Shown here in pieces: positions 24,322 through 36,439 of a stretch of DNA of 64,000 nucleotides. Below the pieces are notes generated by a model. It saw only the letters and a list, made by a program, of their open reading frames with translations. It was not told the origin of the DNA and did no database searches. Positions within the stretch are counted from its first letter, which is position 1, and each line of letters opens with the position of its first letter. This DNA is from Marsupella aquatica (Eukaryota > Plantae > Marchantiophyta), in assembly GCA_973895155.1 (NCBI GenBank), contig OZ316893.1, positions 7,340,963 through 7,404,962 of the forward strand. The letters run 5' to 3'. The translations under genes were made by a program, and so were the position numbers.

Positions 24322-27258
24322 ATGACTGACCTTACGCCGAGGGAAGAAAGAGTGATTCAACGGGAGAGAGCTCGACTGCAGCAGCTCGCCGGGTGGCATG
24401 ATACACAGCGACTGAGAGGGGCAGAAAGAGCTGGTAGCTCCAAAATTGGAAGTGGCGTCAAAGAAGACATACCAGAAGAAGAGTCGGTAAGGAGAAGTGA
24501 GTCTCCAACCGACATGGGGGAACCAGAGGCACGGCCAGACGAGAGGCCAGGGACCAGATTGATCCAGCGGTCGCGCATACATTACAAGGCATTTCATGGA
24601 AGAGGAGATGAGGATCCAGACGAATGGTTGGATGATTTCGAGGGAACCGCTGCAGCAAATGGAGAATCGGCCATCAAGATGCAGATTCTTCCCGGCCTGT
24701 TCAAGGGTGAGGCTAGGCCTTGGTACAGAGCATTAGATGTGGAAGATCAAGCCATCTGGGATATCTTCAAAACACTCTTTGTTAAGGAGTTTTGACCCAT
24801 TGGAACTTCAGAACTAGCAGTGCTGAAGTTGGGACAACTTCGGTTCAAGGAGAACAAATCCTTCAGGAAGTTCTTGCAACGCTTTCAGAAACTGGTAAGA
24901 CGTACAAAGACCAATGCATCTGAAGGTATGCAACTTCAATGGTTGGTGAATGCTTTGCCACAGAAGATGAGTTTTGCAATTAGGAAGGAGAACCCGGAGA
25001 CTTTAGCCGAAGCAATTAAGGATATTCAATTATACATTAATGCAGATATCACAAGCCGGAAGAAACAGCTTAAGTCTGAGAGTTCCTCATCAGAGGAGGG
25101 ATCACCCCATAAGAAAAAAGATAAGAAGAAGAAACATTCCAAGAAGTCTAGAAGTGATAAGTCAAGCTCGGATAGTGGGAGTAGCAAGAATGAGTCATCT
25201 TCTAGTTCTGAAGAAGAAAAAACTAGGAAAAGGAAGGGCAGAAGGAGAGGGAAGACGAAAGTCAAGATGGAGGCTAAGCCACCAGATAACATCGTAGCCC
25301 TTACCGAGCAACTTAAGGCTATCATTGCAGAGGTAAAACCAAAGAAGAAGGTAGTACAGGAGGATAGCTCTGTATGGTGTGCCTTATGTTATAAAACCGG
25401 ACACCATAAAGATGCGTGTCCTAAGCTTAATACTAATCATGTTCGGCATGTGGCCGAGATCAGACCATGTCAGGGAGAAGTAGAGTACTTTTTGGGAGAT
25501 GCCGCTGATAGTGTTTTCGGCATCAGTGAGACTGGAGCACGAGACCTATCCAACAGACCTGCATCTCTATGGTCAGGGTTAAGGAACAATCCAGGAGAGA
25601 TGTATCCTCGGATTATTCAGAACCCGTCAGTACCTCCTAGGCCGAATGTGCAAAGATTTGCGGCGTGCTATAATTGTGGTCAACCTGGCCATTTTGCTAG
25701 AGAATGCCTGAATGCACGCAAACAGGGTGATGGACAACCAGCTCAGCTATGTATGGGATGCCGACAGGAAGGTCATATGCTAGGGCAATGTCCTACTTGG
25801 TTGGCAGGCCTGGCCGCAAATCATAAGCTTTTGCCGATCAAGATCTTACCGCCAGGTACTACCCCCGGAGGAGTTCAAATCAACCACATCGAACTAGGAT
25901 GGCAAGAGGATGCCGAGGCAGAGTTCGTACCATCTGATGATGAGGCCGAAGCCCTATCAACCTTCTCAGAGGAGGATTTAGATCATGATTGCTATCGGGT
26001 CTCTACTCGATCTACCAGAAGGAAGGAAAGGTGGGATGGGCTGGCCAAAAATAAAGGGAAGGTTACGGAGGAAAGGATCGACTCTTCGTCAACATCAACA
26101 GAAGGAGAAGGGAGGGCTCCGGCAATACAGGTAAGCCATGAGCCCACCAGTGAAACCAATCCTTCACAAGATAGCGACTTCAATCGAGATCATCCTAAGT
26201 TGTTCTACCCCTCTGTTACGGCTAGTGTTAAGGAACAACTAAGAGAATTAGAAACCCTGGAGAATACCGAAGCCATTGCCAAGGATGTAAAACGAGCAAA
26301 AGCATTGTTTGCTTCGGAAGACCCAACAGCTGTGGAGACTAGCGTGGCAAAACTGGCCGAATCCAAGACGGAAACACCACCAGAAGAGAAGCCGATTGTT
26401 CCCTATAACCTGGCTAAAGATGTACTAGAATCTAGAGTCTCGGCAACAGTAGGTCAACTATTGAAAAATAGCCCGTACTTCCGGAAGCAATTAAGGAAGG
26501 CTATTCTCGGCAAGCCGAGATTACCCAAGGTAGCAACCAGATCCGACGTACTAATGATAGAAGAAGATCAAGGAGCCCCAGCATTACCATTAATGATTCA
26601 AGGAGAATTATTACTACGGGTACCCATCGATGGAGGATCAGGGGTATGTATTATGATTGATTCAACAGCAAAAGGGTGGGGTCTAACACCGGAGATGACT
26701 GGAAGAGTGTTGAACATGGCCAATGGATATCAGGTCATTCCGACAGGAGTGTTAACCGGCATCAAGACAGAGATAGGAGGTATCTTCTTTAGCATTAACT
26801 ATGTAGTAATGAAGCCGGTAAATCCTACGTCATTCCGGCTATTGATTGGTAGGCCATGGCTGTACCTAGCCGAGGTAATAGAAGATTGGGGTAAAAAGCA
26901 GTTCACTTTCGGGACCCCCTCTATCACGGTATCCTGGGACACTAAGGATGACCGTAGGAAAAGCATAAGGGAAGTAGATGGGTACGATAGTGGACTGGAG
27001 TCAGCCGATGAAGTACGTTGGTTAGAATGCCTCACTAACCTAACCGAAGAAGGTGTCTTTGGACCAGAGGTACCCCCCAGCGGATTATGGCAAGAACCAA
27101 TGGAAGGTGACTTGGAAGAAGAAGACGAAGAGGTCGAGGACTGCTTTACAATAGAATCCACCTTTTTAGCTGCAATTCCGGAGGAAGTAAAGGATGTAGA
27201 CCAATTGGATGAAACGGCTAAGTGGGGAGCAGTAGCAGGGACAGTGGATTTTCTGTAG
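24322..27258 (+). pseudogene. gag: Gag-protease ORF with one premature stop
   Basis: FHGRGDEDPDEWL capsid start, three CCHC-type knuckles (e.g. CYNCGQPGHFAREC), protease PIDGGSG. In-frame TGA at 24793-24795. Confidence 0.9.
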
Positions 27259-27305
27259 GCGTTGTGGCAGAGCCGACGGGGTCCACAACGCCATCGATCA
27301 TCGGC
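27246..27305 (+). promoter_or_regulatory. Candidate programmed -1 ribosomal frameshift signal
   Basis: G_GAT_TTT heptamer, 5-nt spacer, perfect 10-bp stem GGCGTTGTGG/CCACAACGCC, and loop GCCGA complementary to downstream TCGGC. It sits exactly at the -1 overlap between gag-PR and RT. Confidence 0.7.
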
Positions 27306-30300
27306 AAGGAATTAAATACCAAGGGATCGGCATACAAGCCGATTACGAGGGCAGAACAAATTGAGGCCCTATTAGAAGCCGAGAGAGCACAACGGCCTAA
27401 CTCTCAGGAGCAAGAGGTGGATGAGATGGACAGACACGATCGAGAGCCAAGGCAGGAAGGGGAGCCGACCACTAATTCAAAACCGAATAGACCGGTAAGG
27501 GGACAATCTATGGACACCAAGGAAGGGACCGACTCAGCTAGTCCAGCCGAGATCCCAGTTTATGGAGGTATGAGATTAGAGAGACTGGAAGCCGAACTGG
27601 ACCCGAATTTGAAGAAGCAGATTAATATGATCCAAGCACGGCAATATCGGAAGCTCGACTTAGGAGAGGGAAGAGAACTAAACTTAGGGAGAAACCTAGC
27701 ACCTGAGCTCGAGAAAGAGATCAGTGACTTATTGATTGAATTTCAGGATGTGTTTGCATGGAGTCACCAAGATCTAAAGGGAGTAGATCCAACACTAGGG
27801 GAACATCGAATTGATCTCATGTTAGGAGCCAAATCATTTCGACAACCAATTCGAAGGATGAACCCAAAGTATTCCCTGCTGGTCAAAACAGAAATCGACA
27901 AACTAGTGGAAGCTGGATTCATCACTCCAGTCCTGCATTCAGACTGGGTGTCTCCAATTGTGATAGTTCCCAAGAAAGCTGGACCCGATGGTAAACCCAA
28001 GATCCGGGTTTGTCAGGATTACAGGAAGCTGAATGAAGCAACATTAAAAGACCATTTTCCTTTACCGTTTACTGATATGGTACTAGACATGGTAGCCAGT
28101 CATGAACTATATTCATTCATGGATGGATACTCTGGTTATAATCAAATCAGGATTCGGCAGGAAGACCAAATCAAGACGGCCTTCATCACGGAATGGGGGA
28201 TCTATGTCTTCAATCGTATGCCGTTTGGACTCTGCAACGCACCAGCTATGTTCCAATGATTAATGGTGAACATTTTTCATGATTACTTGAGAAAGTTCAT
28301 GGAAATCTTCATTGATGACTTTGCAGTATTCGGGAAGGCATCGAAACATGCTAAATACCTCAGGAAAACCTTCATGAGATGTAGAGAGGTGGGTCTCAAG
28401 TTACACCCAGATAAATGTTTTTTTGCAGTAACCGAGGGGGTGCTACTAGGTCACAAGGTATCAAGGAAGGGCATTGAGATTGACAAAGGTAAGCTAGCAG
28501 TATGGCTAGATATCATGCAACCTAAGAACATAAAGGATGTAAGATCCTTCTTGGGATGCATTGGTTACTATCGCCGGTTCATCAAGGATTTTGCCAAGCT
28601 GGCTTTACCATTAACCAATATGCTCAAGGCAGGAGCAGACTTCGAACCCACACCCGAACGAGTCACAGCGGTGGTAGAATTGAAGCAGATGTTAGTAGAG
28701 GCCCCAGTCATGATAGCACCGGACTGGAACAAAGATTTTCATGTTTTTGTAGATGTCTCGGGCTTCTGTATTGGCTCAGTACTAAGTCAGTTGGATGAGA
28801 AAGGAAGGGACCATCCCATATACTTCGCAAGCCGTCAGCTTGTCGATGCCGAACTACTCTACCACGGAAAGAGAAGCATTAGGAGTCATTTATTCTTGTA
28901 AAAAGTTTAGGCATTATTTACTAGGGTACAAGGTAATCTTTCATACTGATCATGAAAGTTTGAAGTACCTAGTCAATAAGCCGGACCTTACAGGCAGAGT
29001 AGCAAGATGGATTTTGCTATTACAGGAGTTTGACTATGAGCTGAGGATCAAGCCGGGAAAGTTACATGCCAATGCCGACTTCTTTTCAAGGATCACAGGT
29101 AAACCTGCCACGGATTGCATCGATGATCGATTCCCCGACGAGGAGCTATTCGTTGTGGAAATAGCTGGTACATGGTACATTGAGATTTTACAATTTCTCA
29201 GCACTTCCAGATTACAGCCAGGATTAAGCCGAGAGCAAGCCGCAGTCTTTGTGCGGAAGGTCAGACAGTATCAGTGCATTAAAGGCATACTGCACAAGCA
29301 TGGAATCAACGGCACGATTCAAAGGTGTTTGGAAAAGAGAGAGGTAAAACGAGTCCTACGGGCCATGCATGGAGAGGAGGCCGGAGGACATTTTGCCCCA
29401 GTAACCACGTCTAAGAAGATATTAAATGCCGGTTACTGGTGGCCCACCTTGCACAAAGATGTCTATCAGTTTATCAAACAATGCGATCCTTGTCAACAAG
29501 CGGGAGGACCAAGGGCGTCCACCAGGCATCCACTGCACCCTATTCTACCTCTGGCACCATTCGAGAAGTGGGGTATTGATTACATTGGACCTCTGAAACC
29601 ACTGACCCACCCTCGACGGAACAAGTACATAATCCTGGCTACGGATTATGCAACTAAATGGGTAGAGGCCAGACCAACAACGAAGGATGATGCAATTACT
29701 ACGGCTAGATTCATGTATGAGCAGATCTTCACCAGGTATGGAGCACCCCTAGAATTAGTTAGTGATAGAGGAACCCATTTTTTGAATGATATAATTAGTC
29801 GTTTAAATGAGCAGTATTTAGTTAAACATAGGCCTACTACTCCCTACCATCCAAAGGCAAACGGGTTGACAGAACGAGCAAACGGAATCATAGGAAAGAT
29901 ATTGAACAAGACAGTAGCTCAGAACAAACTCGATTGGGATGATAAATTGTTTGCTGCTGTTTTTGCTTACAATCTTGCCTATAAATCCACTACCGGTCAT
30001 ACACCCTTCTTCTTAACCTTTGGACAAGAAGCCCTGGTACCCATGCAACTTGAGATACCGACATTTCAAGTTACAATTGAGGAAAGAGCCTCAGCGGAGG
30101 AGAGCCTAAAGGAGCGAGAATATAGGTTAGAAGCTTTAGAGGAAGCGAGAATGATTTCAGCCGAGAGAGTAGAATATAGACAGAATATCATGAAGCAGTA
30201 GTATGATAAAAGGTTAAAAGTAGTTAGTATTCATACCGGTGATCTTGTGCTACTTTATGACAGTAGGTATAGTAGGTTTCCAGGAAAGCTTTACACTCGC

Positions 30301-30483
30301 TGGTTAGGACCCTTTACAGTAACCATGATGTTCCCCAATGGCTCCGTACAATTGGCCAACATTACGGGAGAGGTATATCCAGTTCGCATCCATTATGACC
30401 GCCTCAAGAAATACTATATGGACGAAGATGAAGTTGTTCGCGAGGACGCTTCACAATTATGTGGGGAGCTATGTGATGCCTAG
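27252..30483 (+). pseudogene. pol: pol: reverse transcriptase, RNase H, integrase (disabled)
   Basis: RVCQDYRKLN, MDGYSGYNQI, FIDDF, RNase H and integrase motifs. Stops at 28257 and 30199; 5-bp deletion at about 28852 relative to the inverted copy. Confidence 0.95.
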
Positions 30484-30844
30484 ACAGGAATCACTCGGCC
30501 GGTTAAGTGGGTAAAGCAGGAAGGCACCCTAGGAACACCTTAGTATAGTGACAAAACAAGGAAAATATAAACAATTAGGGGCAACCATGGAACCCGGGCC
30601 GAGGCCGGAGGTAAGGCTCAGGGTGAAAACCCGATTAGGGTTAGGGCGCGTTAAGCGTCGGCGGCTAGGAAGGATCAACGGGAAGAAGGACCGGCAGAGG
30701 AGAGGGGTAAGGAGCGCTTGCAGGAGATGGTGGCTCATTTGCGAGCACGAACTAGGCAGACGACTACGGGAGGCCAACTACTGTCAGCTGCTTAGGCAAG
30801 CACTCGGGGAGAGAGTAGATACCGACGATCGACCTAAGGAGGGT

Positions 30845-33800
30845 ATGAGCAACGTCAATCAAGCGGCACATTTCTGGGGATGCCTGTTCGAACGGGCAAC
30901 TGAGTACATCAAGACTTACGAGGACGAGGAGTCAGAAAGGGCAGCTCGAGAACGGCAGGAGCTCGCTCGATTGTGGGAGCTGCAGAAGACGGCTTTCTTA
31001 GGAGGCGAACTCATCAAGGACGAGTTCCTATGGACGCCTACTTCCAATCAACTCGACGATCTTCTGTTTTGCAAAGACAGCATCGTCGGCATCCGAGAGG
31101 CCATCAAGAACTGCAACGACATACACTGGGAATTAAAGGGTAGCACGAAAAGGTGGACCCAGGCAACGGTGCTAGGAGAAACCTCCACGACAGCAGAGAT
31201 GAAGAGGAAGGGAGCCGTCAACGATGAAGCCACCCCGGCAAAAAGAACGAGGTCGGCGGCACCAAAGAAGCCAGCCGAGCAGCAGAGCAGGAGGCAGGGA
31301 GAAGCTGAAGAGGAGGAGGTCGATCCCATCAAGGCCATTCCAACCAGGGATGACACCTGGAAGGGCTGGGCGGCAACCCTACCGGTGGAGGTGCAACTAC
31401 ATTTTGCACGGGAGGAGGATGCATGCTTTACGGCCATGCAGACCAAGAAGTACCAAGGCTTCATGGCCGGATCCGGCTTGGAGGCCTTTGTAAGATTACC
31501 ATGGCTGAAGCCGGAGGTACCGGAGTCAGACCTATTAGAATTCGTGGGGTCATGGGAACCCGAGACCAATTGCACGAGGATATATGGGAAGGATTTCTAT
31601 CTTACTCCCAAGGTAATTGCCGAAGTGTTTGGCCTGCCGATAGGCAATAAGACCAAAGTTGATACCAGGAAGACCTTGCCTGACAAGGAGTTCCGGTCGT
31701 TCCCCGGGCCATCAACGAAGAATGGCTTCTTCCGGAACACCTGCACCAACCCGCACATAGGAGAGATGATCGACTTCTTGCGGGTGACCATGCATTGTAA
31801 CTTGCCGAGGGCAGAGATCGGCAAGGCACAGGTCTATCTGGCAGAAAGGCCAGACCCAAGCCGGGACTACAACGGGTACCTCCTCAACCAATTGAAGAAG
31901 ATCTTAAAGGAGGAGCAGCAGGTAATCGGCATGGGGAGCGTGTCGCGGCTTGGCTATCACATGCCGCTGTTGTGCCGGTATGCCAGAGGTCAGACTTTTG
32001 CCCCGGTACTTCCCCTGTAGGTAAGGGCACCCGAGGAAGCTCCAACGCCGAGGCCGTTGGCTGAGAAGCCTCAACCACCTGTTAGTCCTACGATCGAGCA
32101 GGTGTTTAGGCCCAGGAAGGAAGACTTGCCGATGCAGCAACCAGGCATGCAGAGTCTGCTGAAACTACTGGAGAAAGAAAAGAAATCGGCATCGGCAACA
32201 ACAACGGCAACGGCAACAATGCAGGACACTACTACAGAGGTAGGCCTACACCGGCTCACAAGAGAAAACCCCTTTGCTGGAGACAAGAAGAGAATCAGGC
32301 CGGAATCCAAGCCAGGTGTTCGAATGTACGTGGGAACCTCAAGCTCTGAATCTGAGGCAGAATTGCCTGAAGCTCCTACCGAGGAAGAGGAGAGGGAGAA
32401 GCCGGACGTCCAAGAGGTAGAGGAGGCAGTGGAGGACTGCAGCCATGATAATTCCGGCTATGGGTCGGACCATCACGTTCCAGGAGTAAGGACCTGTGGC
32501 CGGTTTGTCCCCACACTTCCAAGGGTAGTGCGAGGGGACCCCAACCAGCAGAGTAGCCCTGAGTCTCCCCCACCAGATGTTGCTCCCCCGAGCTTCGATG
32601 GCATAAAACAGACGGTGCAGGAATTTCAGGAGCGAATCAAGCAGGAGGAAGAGGCCGCCCTGGCTAAGGAAAAGGATTTACCAGGAGGAGATTGGCCGGA
32701 GGACATCAGGCGGCTAGCCGAAAAAGGAATCAAACCTCTAGCCACGATTGAAGAGATCCGCAGGACGGCTTGGGAGCAGAGGCCACGATGGGCGATGCCG
32801 ATCACTTCTACTTACTCCACCTACGCTAAGAATAGAGCCATGGAGTATGGTGAGATGTGTGGGGAACTTGCGCTCGGCATCTTTGGAGAGGAGTTGGAGG
32901 TAGGACCCTTTTTCCATAGGGAGCAGTTGGAGAAGCACCAATTAGAAGAAGCGGTGGCTTTAGAGAGAAGCAAGAAGGACGAGGTCATTCGGCGGCTTAG
33001 GAGGATGGAAGCCAAGATTGAAGATCTAAGGGCGGCCAAGAAAGCCCAAGATGAACTGCGGATTAAACGACATGAGCTGACCATCATGCAGGGGCAGTTG
33101 GACACCGCGCAGGCTGATAATCAGAATATCAAGGATAAACTGACTCAGACGCAGGAAGAGTTGGCCGACACGATCAAAGAGAGGGAGAAGTGGAAGCAAG
33201 AGCTGAAGAATACAGAGGAGGCCCACATAACAGCCAACAGCCGGGCCATGGCGGAGACCCAAAGAAAGGAATGGGCGTTGAAAGGGGAGCTCGAGAAAAT
33301 CCGCGGAGCCCTTGAGCAGAAGGAGGTCGAGTTAGGGAAATCCTATCAAGGGATTATGGCGCTGCAGCAGGAGCTTGCGTCCCTGACGGCCAGCTTCAAG
33401 GCCGACCTAAGGGAGAAGGACGAGATGCTCGAACAGACTTACGCCAAGATGAACCAGATGGAGTCTGTCATCATTGCAGAGCTCGACAAAGAGCTAAGAG
33501 CAACCCAGGAGGAGAGGGCTACCTTGAAGAAGGAATTGGAGGAAGCCCACAGGGAGCAGGAGGAGGCCAAAAACGAGCTGGAGGGGGCACGTAAGGACTT
33601 GGATGAAACCCAAGAGGAGTTGGAGGAAATCACGAGGAAGATGGAGAACCTACAGCGGCGGGCCGACAACCAAACAGAGCGGCTGAAGAAACAAGCCGCA
33701 GTATTTAAATGCTTAGCTGCAGCAGGTCCATCTCCCGTTGGGACAAACCAGTTACCAGGGGTGGTAATTGCCGAAGGACAAGCCGCGTCAACTGCACCAG

Positions 33801-34186
33801 TGCTGGAAGTAAGTGGGAAGGGGAAGGGACCAGCTGCCGAGCCACCAACGAAGAAGAAGCGGAAACCTTCAGGGTCAAGGAGTAATACGACTTCACAGGC
33901 CGTGGTGATCAAGGAGGTAGACCCAGCACCGACCCCAGACAGGGTCACGGCTAAGGATCCAACTACCCTAGGGGAAGGGGAGGCCAAAGCCGTGGGAGTG
34001 GCTGAGGCCGAAGCCGTGGGTATTGCCGAGGCCGGTGTCGAGGCTGAAGCCGAAGGTGGACCCAGTCAGGCCGATGGAGAGTTGACTCGGTCAAGGGCAG
34101 GTAATCTGTCAGTAGGCGGGCCAACGGCAGTGGCTGAGGAGGAAGTGTTGGGGGCGTCCATTGAGGATCCACCACCGGTGTCGTGA
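30845..34186 (+). pseudogene. ORF3 of the full-length copy with one premature stop
   Basis: Same protein as 19990-23331, offset 10855 bp. CAG>TAG at 32018-32020. Confidence 0.9.
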
Positions 34187-34222
34187 TGGTGCAAGGGCGC
34201 CGTTCCTTTTAGGGAGGGCGGA

Positions 34223-35107
34223 CGTGGAGGGAGGAGGCGTGAGTGGGCAGGGCGGGCGCGGATCTCCACGTTTAGGATTAGGATCAGAACCAGGAGCGGC
34301 CCTGACACTTAGCTTAGTGGGATTGCGGTCCCACTGGTAGGAGCAACACTTGTGCTCCTGCCTTGCTGTACATAGGTAGATTCGGGCAAGTAGATTACTG
34401 TCAGGTAGATTAGGCTTACGATGCAAAGAATGGCGGATCCACTACCAGGATAAGTACCTGGGCAGCGGGGAGCTCAGGGCCTCTTCTTTAGCAAGTTTTT
34501 AGTTTGCACCAGCCGGGCTGGGATCAAGTAGTACGAGAAGCTCTCGGTTAGTCATACAGTGACCCTTGTGTATATTCATGTTTCCTCATGCCTAAGAGCT
34601 GAATAGAGTTGGCCTCACGGCTTAGTTCGCAGAACTTGTGTATGAGATGTACTGTTTGTATGGCAAGTGCATGGTATGACTCAGTCAAAATGAGTCATTT
34701 TGCTATTTGTGTGTCGCATTAACTTGTGTGAAGAGTGCCCACATCAACAGAAGGAAGGAAAGTAAGCAGGGGAGTGAGAGTTGGATGTGTCGAGCTGAGA
34801 GAGGTCTTAGCGGCTTAACCAAGCCTATTGGGGATCATTCCGGCGGCGGAATCCAAACATACCTAACAAGACGGAGGGGAAGACAGGGGAAGACAGGGGA
34901 AGGCCTATATTAGGCCGGCTACGTATCTCATGACCCGATGAAGGATCTGTCCAGTATATGTGTGTAAAATGTTAATAGTAGTAGTAGAAGGTTAGCAGCG
35001 TCCCATGCCGCTAAGCCGCGGAAACGGCCTCGCCAAGCACAAAACCTGCGGGAATCGGCTTGAGCTGGGGGGTTTCTTGGGTTTATGGAGCCATGGGACG
35101 CACCACA
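34223..35107 (+). repeat. 3' LTR
   Basis: Near-identical to 23368-24252; preceded by the PPT at 34211-34222. Confidence 0.92.
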
Positions 35108-35923
35108 AGGATCCTTTTTAATCGACAATTGCTTTTACATCGGAAGAATCGTTCAGGCGTTTTTAAGTTGAATTCTGATTCAGCATCTCTCTCCCTTTTC
35201 CTAAATTGAGCTCATTAGATAGAATTTAGCTTAGTTAAACTAGTTTAGCCATCATTAGGAATTTTAGCTTAGGGAAGTAGTTAGAACTACTCACCTCTTC
35301 AGATCTTCAATCAATAGTTAGTTTTTAGGTAGTTAAGTAATCTTTTCAGATCTCTTTGATCTGTGAGGGAGTATTACAATTGAACTCCCAGGCAAAATTG
35401 CCTTGTCATTTTCTCTGGAAACGATTTGTGACCAGTATGGGTCTTTTCCTCATGCCAGGTTGGGCTTAGGAGGAAGAATCGCAGAAATGAGAAAATGCAC
35501 CACCCAAATTCTACTGTTATTCATGATTTCCTCGTGCATTTCTTGCAAACCTTGGAATGAATGAATACATTTTGAGAAAACATTTCTTTGGTTTTGTATG
35601 GAAAAATATGAGTAAAGTTCTGAAATCTAGAGTTTAGAGAATTGTAGTGAAATCCCTAATGTAAAGCCGATCTTTGTTGAGTATAAGGAATTTAGGAATG
35701 GAACGAAAATCAAACTTCTATTGAGAAGGAGCGATAGTCTGAGAGTTTCCATATTAAAACGATTGATCATAAATATTTTGAGTGATACCTAGTAGTTGTG
35801 TAAGGAAAGAGACTCCTAAAGATCTCAAAGTCCTTAATACCATCATAAGTTGATTTCCTTTATTCCTTACGGGAACGAATTCGAGTTTCTAAGATATGTT
35901 TTATAAAAGTTTCATCTAAAACA
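35108..35923. mobile_element. Fragment of another LTR-like element
   Basis: Non-coding AT-rich block ending ..CTAAAACA directly before the SET reading frame. Confidence 0.3.
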
Positions 35924-36439
35924 CTTACCACAACCTATGGTGAGGAGATAGAAGTTTGGGGAATACGTTGGGTTGTCAAGAGTTCGACCCTAGGGGAGAG
36001 GCATGGGTATGGGATTTTCTCTTGTCAAGACATTATTGTGGATGATATGGGTGGAAAAGGGCGCTCTTCGGATGGACCAACGTTGTTCCCGTATGGTGGA
36101 CCCATTTACAAGAGGAGACATTGGAACATGATCCTTGTTCAACACCCTGAGTGGAAAACTTATGCATTGGACATGGATACTTTTGATGGTTGCACCAGAA
36201 AGTATTGTGACCAGCGTATAATTGATGGTGATCCCATCCGTAGTGGGAATATTGCCGGTTTCATCAACAGTACTGTGGGGACCCGGTCTAAGCGTAGGAA
36301 AAGCTGTGAATGGGTTTTTGTTGATGGTCCCCCTCCAGCCCCTTATGGGCAGAGATATCATCATGACCATTGTCTAGTTGTAGCTAATAGGACCATTTTG
36401 GCTGGAGAGGAGTTGTTTACACATTATGAATGGGATTAG
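35924..36439 (+). CDS. SET-domain (lysine methyltransferase-like) ORF inside the CACTA
   Basis: One frame reads VVKSSTLGERHGYGIFSCQDI ... NIAGFINS ... LVVANRTILAGEELFTHYEWD, matching the SET motifs GxGxFA, RFINH-like and GEELxxxY. Confidence 0.8.
   Translation, partial: LTTTYGEEIEVWGIRWVVKSSTLGERHGYGIFSCQDIIVDDMGGKGRSSDGPTLFPYGGPIYKRRHWNMILVQHPEWKTYALDMDTFDGCTRKYCDQRIIDGDPIRSGNIAGFINSTVGTRSKRRKSCEWVFVDGPPPAPYGQRYHHDHCLVVANRTILAGEELFTHYEWD

Larger units (their letters stand above)
23368..35107 (+). mobile_element. Full-length Ty3/gypsy LTR retrotransposon (non-chromovirus, Athila/Tat-like)
   Basis: LTR-PBS-gag-PR-RT-RH-INT-ORF3-PPT-LTR order. The LTRs (about 885 bp) differ at about 2 positions by eye. 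Confidence 0.95.

Noticed and set aside
14056-34426. Many short antisense and alternative-frame ORFs over the retrotransposons
   Set aside because: Shadow ORFs of GC-rich coding sequence; they recur only because the element is triplicated.
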